Shown here in pieces: positions 1 through 7,481 of a DNA stretch of 25,538 nucleotides. The translations under genes were made by a program, and so were the position numbers. The notes under the pieces are model-generated. The model did not search any database. It had not been told where the DNA came from and saw nothing but the letters and a program-made list of their open reading frames with translations. The stretch is from a virus (Duplodnaviria; Caudoviricetes). Positions within the stretch are counted from its first letter, which is position 1. Every line of letters starts with the position of its first letter. The stretch is taken from IMG/VR virus record IMGVR_UViG_3300027138_000030, positions 1 to 25,538 of that record. The stretch is one strand, 5' to 3'.

Positions 1-20
1 GATAGTGTGGATAACTTCTG

Positions 21-33
21 TAAGCTGTTGATT
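21..33 (-). promoter_or_regulatory. IHF-binding consensus site
   Basis: Minus strand reads AATCAACAGCTTA, an exact match to WATCAANNNNTTR, next to DnaA box 1. Confidence 0.55.
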
Positions 34-77
34 TTGCTAGTGTTTTTCTAGACGCTTACAAACGGCTGACAAAATCC

Positions 78-105
78 ATTTAATACAATGTCCATTATGT
101 TAACT
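78..105 (+). other. dif-like XerC/XerD recombination site
   Basis: ATTTAATACAA-TGTCCA-TTATGTTAACT has the 11-6-11 layout. The right arm matches the E. coli XerD arm TTATGTTAAAT at 10/11, and the arms are imperfect inverted repeats. Confidence 0.7.
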
Positions 106-284
106 CAAAATCATAGAAAGTATTACTGATTTGGGCATTCTGAGATGCAAACTGCAACCAGACTGTGCATATGTGGATAACTTGCCCTCCGATCTGTGGA
201 TAACCTGTGGATAACTTTTGGCTCGGCGGATTCTGGCTGGCGGAGGCGGAGAGGGAAAGAGGCGGATGGTGCATTATTGGGGGA

Positions 285-323
285 CATTCCATATTATGGG
301 ATTGCATTTCACATTATGAAATG
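285..323. promoter_or_regulatory. Tandem pair of palindromic operator-like sites
   Basis: CATTTCA-CATTA-TGAAATG (305-323) is a perfect 7-5-7 palindrome; a degenerate copy CATTCCA-TATTA-TGGGATT (285-303) lies 20 bp upstream. Confidence 0.5.
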
Positions 324-375
324 GTGTTTAGAGATCGTAACCAAGGATAGCAATAACTCTAGCCACGCAATGCCT

Positions 376-612
376 CTAATCCTCGTCAGAATCGCCTACA
401 ACAGGTTTATATGGCTCTCCCTTATCTACCCCTAAGAAATCATATAAATCGTTTCTAGGGCGGTATCCAAGTTCCCATAAGATGGCGTAGCAGTCCAAGG
501 CATTCTTAAAGCCATTGGTGATGTTCCCTTTGCCGGCACACAATAGGATTGTCCTTTGTTCCTCAGTCAGCTTCCGCCTGAACTGGACAGTGTTGATCTG
601 AGGACTCGCCAT
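376..612 (-). CDS. Small hypothetical protein, possibly ribbon-helix-helix-like DNA-binding
   Basis: 78 aa; TAATG coupling to the upstream ORF; strand-helix-G.GN-helix pattern (QFRRKLTEEQRTILLCAGKGNITNGFKNAL). Confidence 0.6.
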   Translation of the reverse strand: MASPQINTVQFRRKLTEEQRTILLCAGKGNITNGFKNALDCYAILWELGYRPRNDLYDFLGVDKGEPYKPVVGDSDED

Positions 613-1265
613 TACTTCCTCTTTGGCGGTAGGTTAAACATCTTCGGCGCATCACCACCGCCGTAAATAGGTTCAAGGTCATCGACCATATCGTCAAAGC
701 CTGAGCCTTTGCCAAAGTCATCACCAGCTTTGAACCTCTTGACCTGTGCGGTTGGGTCAAACGCTTTGGCCTTGATGATGAACTGGATTGCTGGCTCATT
801 GATGATGGCCTCAAACTCTTCCAGAGTCCAGATGGTTAGGTCTTTGCGTAGCTTTTGCAAATCAATGCAATCATTTATCGTTTCTGTAACTGCCATGATC
901 TGACCTGATTGAGTTTTCCATTCAACGAATCTGATGTTTGTGGGGCTTGGGTTGATCTCATTATCTTCACCCCATTTCTCTAGATGGTCATAACCTTTGA
1001 CCATCCCTGCAATTGCTTTACGCAGCCGTTCAATGTCTTTGTGATCGATGGCATCCCAAACCCTAGCCATCTGACCCCAAAACCTCTCCCTAAACTCACT
1101 GTCAACTAAAGTAATCAATCTCTCACAACCCCATTTCTGGTGATGTTCCTCTTTCCTTGACTCAAGTTCAACCAAAACCGCACTGGCTTGAATATCCCAA
1201 GTAGTTGGCTCATACCTTTTAATCTCAACTTTAGGAACATCTTTTCTTAACCGTGATTTAACCAT
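612..1265 (-). CDS. Hypothetical phage protein (217 aa), downstream of the primase-helicase
   Basis: Start re-called at MVKSRLRK with SD GAAAGGA; the longer track start runs through the repeat region. Confidence 0.75.
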   Translation of the reverse strand: MVKSRLRKDVPKVEIKRYEPTTWDIQASAVLVELESRKEEHHQKWGCERLITLVDSEFRERFWGQMARVWDAIDHKDIERLRKAIAGMVKGYDHLEKWGEDNEINPSPTNIRFVEWKTQSGQIMAVTETINDCIDLQKLRKDLTIWTLEEFEAIINEPAIQFIIKAKAFDPTAQVKRFKAGDDFGKGSGFDDMVDDLEPIYGGGDAPKMFNLPPKRK

Positions 1266-1286
1266 TTTCAATTTCCTTTCAAAAAC

Positions 1287-1400
1287 GACAAAGAGACAAA
1301 GGGACAGGAGACAAACCTCTTGTTTATAGACAAGAGGTGGTTTGTCCCCATCTCCTCGAAAAGACATTTGGGACATTTGTCCCTGTTTGTCTCGTTTGTC
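1287..1400. repeat. Iteron-like GACA(AA)/TTTGTC repeat array with central palindrome; putative replication origin
   Basis: GACA at 1287, 1295, 1303, 1310; 9-bp inverted repeat ACCTCTTGT/ACAAGAGGT (1315-1338); TTTGTC at 1341, 1376, 1386, 1395; GGGACA-TT-TGTCCC at 1370-1383; intergenic, just downstream of the primase-helicase. Confidence 0.65.
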
Positions 1401-1420
1401 ACTGGATAGATGTACAGCAT

Positions 1421-3472
1421 CTAATTATCCAAACTGGATTTCAACCAAACCCAATTTGACCCAATGACAATCTTATTTACGCTAACAAGACGCTCCCTAG
1501 CACGAAGCCATGCTTTCTTAAAGGCCGTCTTATCATCCTCAGTACACCCTTTCATAGACCAGAATTCGGCTCTCCAATCGTCCAAACTGACTCCATACCT
1601 ACTAGTACCATCTACTTCACTGTATGTTCCTTTAGACTTAATCACTTTCATTAACGAATCCATCTCAATCCGCTGATTGTTGCCGCTACCTGAGTTGTTT
1701 TTAGACCCTTTAGGCTTGTCATTTGCGATGTCGGGGTTGTGCCTGATGGCTAATGAGGTGGTAATTTCAAACCCAAGGTCTGATGTTCCAATCTCCACCA
1801 GCACGATTTCAATGCCGATCTGGATGCTATCTGCACCGTCTTTTTGTTTGCTAACGGTCAAGATTGCGTTACCTATGACGCTTGAATCTGCTGAGTTGAT
1901 AACTGAATCCTGCCGCTGTATCTCAAGTTCAGTGTCTACAGCACCTAGCAAGGAGCTATGACCTCGCAAGCCCTTACTGATGTCCTTACCACTATGATGA
2001 ATTACCATCAAGGCACATTCGAAGAGTTCTTGGAGTTTTCCTGCTTGGGTGATGAATGCACCCATGTCTTCAGAACTGTTCTCGTTAAATCCACCGCCAG
2101 ACATACGCATCAGGGTATCAAGGATGATGATCTCTAAAGGTTCACCTATCTCAGCTATCAGGTCATTGATTGCGTTGAGTAGTTCTATGAAGTCTTCGGG
2201 ACTTGATCTCAGGTTGAGTTGCGCCCTGATGATGTACAGGTTTGCGCCATCTGGACTTTGATTCTGTATCTTGCAAGCCTTCACCCTTGCGCCCATACCG
2301 CCATGACCCTCACCACATATATATAAGACTGCGCCTTTCTTGGGTATCTTGTAACCCATCCAATCTCTGCCTGTTGCAATCGCCTCTGCCAAATCAAGGG
2401 AGATGAATGACTTGTATGAGGCAGGGGGTGCGTAGAGAGCTACAAATGCTTTCTTCGGGACAATTGACTGCACGAGCCACTCAACTGGCTCATCTTTAAT
2501 TGAGTCCCAAGACTCGACCAGTAATCTGGAGGGTTTTGCTTCTTTGACGGTAGCACTAGATTCTTTTGGTTGTGGCTCAGGCACATAATCATGCAGCCTT
2601 GATGGTTGCCATACATCTTCTACAGACTTGACGATAGGACAGGCTTTTGCCAGTTGTGCCAACAGCGACCTTGAACCGTCATACCTATTGACCCACTCAT
2701 AGGCATCTTCCTTGGGTTGAGTAAGGGGTAAATCCAAGACCCTGATGCTCTTTGTGCTACCTGATCCAAGTAAGGACTCAACAATCTTATGGGCGTAACC
2801 CCATCCAGCGGCATCATTGTCGGGAACTATCACGACATTTGCGCCAGCAAAGTACTGGTTCAAGTCCTGATTCCAACCACCAGCACCAGCGTGAGAGGTG
2901 GTCGCCACTACCCCAAGACTGCATAAGCTATCTGCCGCTTTCTCACCCTCAGTTATATATATGACTCTGCCATCGGCAATTGCTTGTCGCAGTTCGGGGA
3001 GTCGGTAGGGGATGATGCGGCAGTCACCTAACTTGCCTACTCGACTGCCATCGGGCATGACTCGTAAGGTCTTATATGTCTTTCCTTTGATGTCATTGGT
3101 CTTATATCTTTGCTTGAGAAAGAGGGAGATGCCGTCCTCATCAACGTAATGCCATTCATGCTCAAGTGTCATGACTGTCGGGGTTGTGGCCTGTGAACTG
3201 TTAGATATCGGCTTGATGCTGGACAGGTATTCAGGTCTATCTGGTAGCTGCGGGAGTATGCCCATGTCCTTGATGGTGCTGAACACTGTGTGCTGGTCGC
3301 AGCCACCGTGACATTTGAAGAGGTAATTCCCGTCAACTGATTCGGTGATGGATAGGGATGGATGCTTATCTCCCTTACCTTGACCGTGATCGGGTACGGG
3401 GCATGATGCTAGGTAACCATTGCCTACCTTTTTTGCATTGCCCAAGGTAGTGGCTATTTGTTGTGCTGACAT
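1421..3472 (-). CDS. Primase-helicase (N-terminal Zn finger, TOPRIM domain, RecA-like AAA_25/RepA-type helicase)
   Basis: CPVPDH...CHGGC zinc finger; TOPRIM motifs ITEGEKAAD and VPDND; variant Walker A APPASYKS, Walker B IIILDTL, HHSGKD and LRGHSSL. Confidence 0.92.
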   Translation of the reverse strand: MSAQQIATTLGNAKKVGNGYLASCPVPDHGQGKGDKHPSLSITESVDGNYLFKCHGGCDQHTVFSTIKDMGILPQLPDRPEYLSSIKPISNSSQATTPTVMTLEHEWHYVDEDGISLFLKQRYKTNDIKGKTYKTLRVMPDGSRVGKLGDCRIIPYRLPELRQAIADGRVIYITEGEKAADSLCSLGVVATTSHAGAGGWNQDLNQYFAGANVVIVPDNDAAGWGYAHKIVESLLGSGSTKSIRVLDLPLTQPKEDAYEWVNRYDGSRSLLAQLAKACPIVKSVEDVWQPSRLHDYVPEPQPKESSATVKEAKPSRLLVESWDSIKDEPVEWLVQSIVPKKAFVALYAPPASYKSFISLDLAEAIATGRDWMGYKIPKKGAVLYICGEGHGGMGARVKACKIQNQSPDGANLYIIRAQLNLRSSPEDFIELLNAINDLIAEIGEPLEIIILDTLMRMSGGGFNENSSEDMGAFITQAGKLQELFECALMVIHHSGKDISKGLRGHSSLLGAVDTELEIQRQDSVINSADSSVIGNAILTVSKQKDGADSIQIGIEIVLVEIGTSDLGFEITTSLAIRHNPDIANDKPKGSKNNSGSGNNQRIEMDSLMKVIKSKGTYSEVDGTSRYGVSLDDWRAEFWSMKGCTEDDKTAFKKAWLRARERLVSVNKIVIGSNWVWLKSSLDN

Positions 3473-4291
3473 TTAGTTATCTTTCTGTGAGTATTCGCCA
3501 TGCTGTTGCAGCACATAATGGGACTTGTCCATTTCCAATGGCTTTAAGTCTGTCCACCCTAGCGGCCACCCCATCAGCCACTCGACCCACATCGGGTTCA
3601 ATTTTCCACCAGCTTGAGCCGCAAGCGTAGGAGTATTTCTGTTCATTTCGCTCGGCGCATTCGTTTCTTTTGAATTGTGTGCTGTTGGGGTTGTAAACTT
3701 CTCCCTCAATGCCACAACTTCCTCTAAATTGCCCTTGTGACCCTTTTCTATGTCCAATCTGATTTTTACTGGCCGGGTCATTTGACATCTTGGGGTAGGC
3801 CATGTTTGTTCCGACAATCCAGATTCTGTCCCTCTGATGGTTTGCTCCAACGTTAGCTGCTCCCAACACTCCCCATTTCGCATCAAACCCCATTGAGGCC
3901 AAGTCTCCGAGAACTCGTCCAAGTCCCCTAGAAGTGAGCATTGGTGAGTTTTCCACGAACACGAATCTGGGTCGTACTTCACGAATGATGCGAGCCATTT
4001 CTGACCACATCCCTGATCGTTCTCCGTCAATTCCTGCGCCTTTTCCTGCGGCACTGATGTCCTGGCATGGAAACCCGCCAGATACGACATCAACAATTCC
4101 TCGCCAAGGTTTTCCGTCAAAGGTTTGTACGTCATCCCAAATCGGGAAAGGCGGGAGAAGACCATCATTTTGTCGGGCGCACAATACGCTTGCTGGATAG
4201 GCTTCCCACTCGACTGCACAGACTGTTCTCCATCCAAGCAACTTGCCGCCGAGTATTCCTCCACCAGCGCCTGCGAATAAAGCCAACTCAT
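3473..4291 (-). CDS. Alternative-frame beta polypeptide of the C5-MTase (motif IX and TRD-like segments)
   Basis: 272-aa open frame overlapping the MTase in the +1 frame. LNPMWVEWLMGWPLGWT resembles motif IX; its stop abuts the primase ATG. Same design as M.EcoHK31I alpha/beta. Confidence 0.75.
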   Translation of the reverse strand: MSWLYSQALVEEYSAASCLDGEQSVQSSGKPIQQAYCAPDKMMVFSRLSRFGMTYKPLTENLGEELLMSYLAGFHARTSVPQEKAQELTENDQGCGQKWLASFVKYDPDSCSWKTHQCSLLGDLDEFSETWPQWGLMRNGECWEQLTLEQTIRGTESGLSEQTWPTPRCQMTRPVKIRLDIEKGHKGNLEEVVALREKFTTPTAHNSKETNAPSEMNRNTPTLAAQAGGKLNPMWVEWLMGWPLGWTDLKPLEMDKSHYVLQQHGEYSQKDN

Positions 4292-4295
4292 TCAT
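3477..4295 (-). CDS. C5-cytosine DNA methyltransferase, catalytic (alpha) polypeptide lacking motif IX
   Basis: Motif I LFAGAGG, IV GGFPCQD, VI ENSP, VIII HQRDRIW, X RLKAIGNGQVP. Start re-called at MNELALF; 272 aa. Confidence 0.93.
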   Translation of the reverse strand: MNELALFAGAGGGILGGKLLGWRTVCAVEWEAYPASVLCARQNDGLLPPFPIWDDVQTFDGKPWRGIVDVVSGGFPCQDISAAGKGAGIDGERSGMWSEMARIIREVRPRFVFVENSPMLTSRGLGRVLGDLASMGFDAKWGVLGAANVGANHQRDRIWIVGTNMAYPKMSNDPASKNQIGHRKGSQGQFRGSCGIEGEVYNPNSTQFKRNECAERNEQKYSYACGSSWWKIEPDVGRVADGVAARVDRLKAIGNGQVPLCAATAWRILTER

Positions 4296-4319
4296 ACCAC
4301 CTACCAAAGTTAAAGAGAC

Positions 4320-4353
4320 AAAAAAACCAGAGTTCTCCCCCGAAAACTCTGGT
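4320..4353 (-). terminator. Rho-independent terminator after the SSB-like gene
   Basis: Minus strand ACCAGAGUUUUC-GGGG-GAGAACUCUGGU followed by a U tract. Confidence 0.85.
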
Positions 4354-4370
4354 GCTGGTTAGTTCAGTGT

Positions 4371-4970
4371 TTAACTAAACATCTCATCATCATCCATTGC
4401 TGGTGTAGTTACTGGCTTGGCCTTGATAGGGCTAGGTGCTGGTTTAGCGGGTACTGGTGCTGAGATTTCGGGATCAAAGCCGCCTGAGTTGTCATCTGAC
4501 AATGCCGCTGGTCTTGCTACCCAACCCGTTACGTTGAACTCAGGTACACGAGTGCTACCTTTACCAACCTTTTCGGGTCTACTACCCTTGTACTCCACCA
4601 CTGGCAACTTGCCAGCGTTAGCAGATGCCTGTGCTTGCACTTGTTTCCATAAAGCCTCTAAGCCCATGTTTGCACCCGCACCGTTGGCACTGTACTCAAC
4701 AACACCCATTGTCTTGTTGAAGAAAGTTGCTTTGAATCCACGCTTATGCTCGGCACTTGGCTGAGAACCTTTCTGACCAAGACTGCCATCAGGGAAGAAT
4801 TCAAAGATGCCAGTAGCAATCAGCAACCAACCTGTTTCAAGGTTCTCATGGTCAAAGACAAACTTCTCTAAGATGAACTCGCCATCTTGGTTTGACCATG
4901 CGTTTGCTTGTGGGCTGAATCTAATGTAGTTACCGTTACCACCGCCTGAGTTACTGAGGTTTAAATTCAC
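4371..4970 (-). CDS. Putative single-stranded DNA-binding protein (199 aa)
   Basis: GTG start at 4970 with SD AAAGGA; Pro-rich linker and acidic tail ending DDDEMFS; lies between nuclease and primase. Confidence 0.65.
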   Translation of the reverse strand: MNLNLSNSGGGNGNYIRFSPQANAWSNQDGEFILEKFVFDHENLETGWLLIATGIFEFFPDGSLGQKGSQPSAEHKRGFKATFFNKTMGVVEYSANGAGANMGLEALWKQVQAQASANAGKLPVVEYKGSRPEKVGKGSTRVPEFNVTGWVARPAALSDDNSGGFDPEISAPVPAKPAPSPIKAKPVTTPAMDDDEMFS

Positions 4971-5023
4971 AATGTTTCCTTTTAAAAGTTTTAAGAATGT
5001 GACAGATGTCACGGTTGGGGGAT

Positions 5024-5710
5024 TCATATTAAAGATGTTTGTTCTTGCTTGGGTCTTACATCCTCAAATAATCTTGGTTGCGCTACTGCTTGTTCTATGC
5101 GTTGGCAAGCAATGTCAAAGTATTTAGGTTCACGCTCAATGCCAATGAACTTGCGTCCCATCTGGATAGCGGCTACGCCTGTAGTGCCGCTTCCCATGAA
5201 GGGGTCGAGGATTGTTTCTGATTTTGGGCATAGGGTAATTACCCATTTCATAACCTCAAGCGGCTTTTGTGTTGGGTGATAGCGTTCTTCATTACCTTGA
5301 CGAATCATGCCATTCCATCGCCACTGAAGTCTACGAACAGCTTTATCCCAATTAGTCCATGCAAGTTCACAATCGGCAAAATCGTTGTCACCATTCAATT
5401 TGTCCCATACAAGCCAGCATGACGTAGGAGGTAATGTGAAATAGTTTCCACCAAAAAATGCTTGGTGTTGTCCTTTTGTGCGTATTAAATCAATCAGTTC
5501 ATTTGATGGCGGTGCTTTGTCCCAATCAAAATCACCATAGTCTTTTGGAGCCGCCAACTTTCCACGGCTTGCAACTTTTTTACTGTTTTCATTGATCCCA
5601 TAAGGTGGGTCAGTAATCACCGCATCAACCTTTGGCAAGGTTGGCAGAATGTCCATGCAATCCCCCAAGTACAGGGTTGCATCTCCGATTGTTTCGATTC
5701 TTGTATTCAT
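5024..5710 (-). CDS. Orphan N6-adenine/N4-cytosine DNA methyltransferase (beta class)
   Basis: DPPY precedes HPTQKP and DPFMGSGTTG; no adjacent restriction endonuclease recognised. Confidence 0.93.
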   Translation of the reverse strand: MNTRIETIGDATLYLGDCMDILPTLPKVDAVITDPPYGINENSKKVASRGKLAAPKDYGDFDWDKAPPSNELIDLIRTKGQHQAFFGGNYFTLPPTSCWLVWDKLNGDNDFADCELAWTNWDKAVRRLQWRWNGMIRQGNEERYHPTQKPLEVMKWVITLCPKSETILDPFMGSGTTGVAAIQMGRKFIGIEREPKYFDIACQRIEQAVAQPRLFEDVRPKQEQTSLI

Positions 5711-5720
5711 GGGGTTGGGA

Positions 5721-6809
5721 TTATTGACTCAAACCTTTGTCTCTGGCAAGGGTCAATCCTGAAGATATGCGGGAAGTTAACTCATCAAGACCAAGTCTTT
5801 GTTCCTTTGTTAGCAGTTTCTCTGCCGCTGCTGGGGTGATGAGTTCTTGCTTGACGATCTGGTCAATGTTGAGTCCACGAGCTAAAAGGTGAGTAACAAC
5901 ACCTGATTCATCAGTCCAAGACCTCAACGCACGTTTGGGTGCAAGCTGCCATCCATCAATAACTGCACCAGATTCCATGCGTTTTAAAGCATGATCTCGT
6001 ACTGCCTTGATGTAGTCCTCAACCATGTCAAACTTAGTCAGCAAGACGCTGATTTGCTCTTCTGTGAGCATCTCTACAGGGGGCGAAACATGGACAGTCT
6101 CAACGATATTTGCTTGTGCAGGGCAGATTGTTTTAGCTGGACAGTACTGACAGGCAGAGTCTGAGGGGACGGGCGGGAATGCAGGATTCAGGGAATTATC
6201 AATTGCTGGATGAAGTACGTAGTGTTCCCAATCCACGAGTTCCTGAGTGGTCATTTTGTGCTTTCTGACCTCACCGTGAAAGGGTTGGATGATCCAGAGT
6301 TCAACCTTGTCAATGTCTTGGTACAGGTTAAATTCTTCCATAGCTGCCAGTGCGTAAAGGCGTAGCTGGTCATTGTCTTCACTGACGTAGCCTCTACCAG
6401 TTTTAAGGTCTGCAATGATGATCTTGCGTTGCTCATTGCCGATACCTATAACGTCAGCAGTACCACCGACTTTGTGTGTTGCTCTGTCTACATAGGGTAG
6501 GAACTTCTCAACGCTAACGCATCCCTTACCCAACTCATCCTCAATAGCCCAAATAGCTTTAAGGTGCTGAAGTGCAAACTCGCAGTTCTCCTCAGTCATC
6601 AAGATGCCCTCATAGACCTTGCCCTCAAACTTCATCGGGTCTAAGTCACGTTTGAAGCAATGCTCTGCTAAGGCATGAATTGCAGTACCCATCTTCGCCG
6701 CATCGCCTCCCTCAACGTAAGGCATGAGGCTTGAGAGTCTGGCAGAGGCGGGACAGGCAATCCAACGGGCTGATGCAGAGGCTCTGAGGTTTAGTTGTTT
6801 GATTGCCAT
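5721..6809 (-). CDS. DUF2800 / Cas4-like PD-(D/E)XK exonuclease
   Basis: SASARWIACPAS, GTAIH, GGTAD, DLKTG, QLRLYA and C-terminal CQYCPAKTIC cysteine cluster. Confidence 0.88.
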   Translation of the reverse strand: MAIKQLNLRASASARWIACPASARLSSLMPYVEGGDAAKMGTAIHALAEHCFKRDLDPMKFEGKVYEGILMTEENCEFALQHLKAIWAIEDELGKGCVSVEKFLPYVDRATHKVGGTADVIGIGNEQRKIIIADLKTGRGYVSEDNDQLRLYALAAMEEFNLYQDIDKVELWIIQPFHGEVRKHKMTTQELVDWEHYVLHPAIDNSLNPAFPPVPSDSACQYCPAKTICPAQANIVETVHVSPPVEMLTEEQISVLLTKFDMVEDYIKAVRDHALKRMESGAVIDGWQLAPKRALRSWTDESGVVTHLLARGLNIDQIVKQELITPAAAEKLLTKEQRLGLDELTSRISSGLTLARDKGLSQ

Positions 6810-7015
6810 GATGTTCTTTCAGCGTGATGTTGATTGATTAAAAGTTGATAGGCAAGTTGCCTGATTTCGTGAGTTGCTGAATGACCTAAGTCTTCGGGGT
6901 CAAGTAGTTGTTTCAAGAAACTTATGTTTGCAAGGTTTTGCTTGCGTTCCTTTTCGAGTTCAGAGGCAAGCCAGACGATATGCTCACGCATTGCTTGACG
7001 TTCTTTATCATCCAT
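6791..7015 (-). CDS. Hypothetical protein (74 aa)
   Basis: Start at MDDKERQ; fits tightly between the RuvC-like and DUF2800 genes. Confidence 0.65.
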   Translation of the reverse strand: MDDKERQAMREHIVWLASELEKERKQNLANISFLKQLLDPEDLGHSATHEIRQLAYQLLINQHHAERTSWQSNN

Positions 7016-7481
7016 TTCTGTACCCCCAAAGTGCAATCAAACTGGCATCTGATCTGCCATCATCCTTGACTCTTTTAAACAGAACTAAATCACGAGGGAA
7101 CAACTCCATTGCTCTGGCTCTAGACCCGTCCTTACCGCCTACAACTCCCATAGCTTTGATCCAAGTCTGCGGGGTCATCAAAGTGGTCTTGATGCGTAAG
7201 GCTGTGAGTGATCCCTCAACGACCCCAAGGCTGCGGGCTAGACTAAAGACACTGGTAACGCCTTGCCCACTCATAGCAAAGACCTTTTCTACATAAGCCT
7301 CAGTAGGGTCAAAGTCCTTGATGATGTCAACGAGTTCAGGCACTGATACCTGACGCTTATTCTTACCGTTGCGAGTCAATGTCACTGTGGGCATATCCTC
7401 AACCCTTACCAGTTCACCATCGACCACAAGGGCAATAGCACCGTTTAGACCGCAGTCAATACCAATGGTGCGCCTAGTCAT
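7008..7481 (-). CDS. RuvC-like Holliday junction resolvase
   Basis: IGIDCG, AYVEKV, PQTWIKA and DGRSDASLIA motifs. Confidence 0.88.
   Translation of the reverse strand: MTRRTIGIDCGLNGAIALVVDGELVRVEDMPTVTLTRNGKNKRQVSVPELVDIIKDFDPTEAYVEKVFAMSGQGVTSVFSLARSLGVVEGSLTALRIKTTLMTPQTWIKAMGVVGGKDGSRARAMELFPRDLVLFKRVKDDGRSDASLIALWGYRNG

Larger units (their letters stand above)
6..215. promoter_or_regulatory. Cluster of four perfect, co-oriented DnaA boxes (TGTGGATAA = reverse complement of TTATCCACA)
   Basis: TGTGGATAAC at 6-15, 172-181, 195-204 and 206-215. The last two are in tandem with 11-bp spacing, and GATC (191-194) adjoins box 3. Confidence 0.85.

Noticed and set aside
239-283. G-rich tract as a G-quadruplex
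   Set aside because: Mostly GG runs with irregular spacing; not enough support.
95-435. Track ORFs 95-307 (-) and 196-435 (+)
   Set aside because: They overlap the DnaA/dif/operator region, lack a convincing RBS and have no recognisable motifs.
1266-1376. N-terminal extension of the 254-aa ORF
   Set aside because: It runs through the repeat array, and a good SD sits at ATG 1265.
5721-6809. Cas4-like nuclease as part of a CRISPR system
   Set aside because: No repeat-spacer array or other cas genes; DUF2800 is a common phage replication nuclease.
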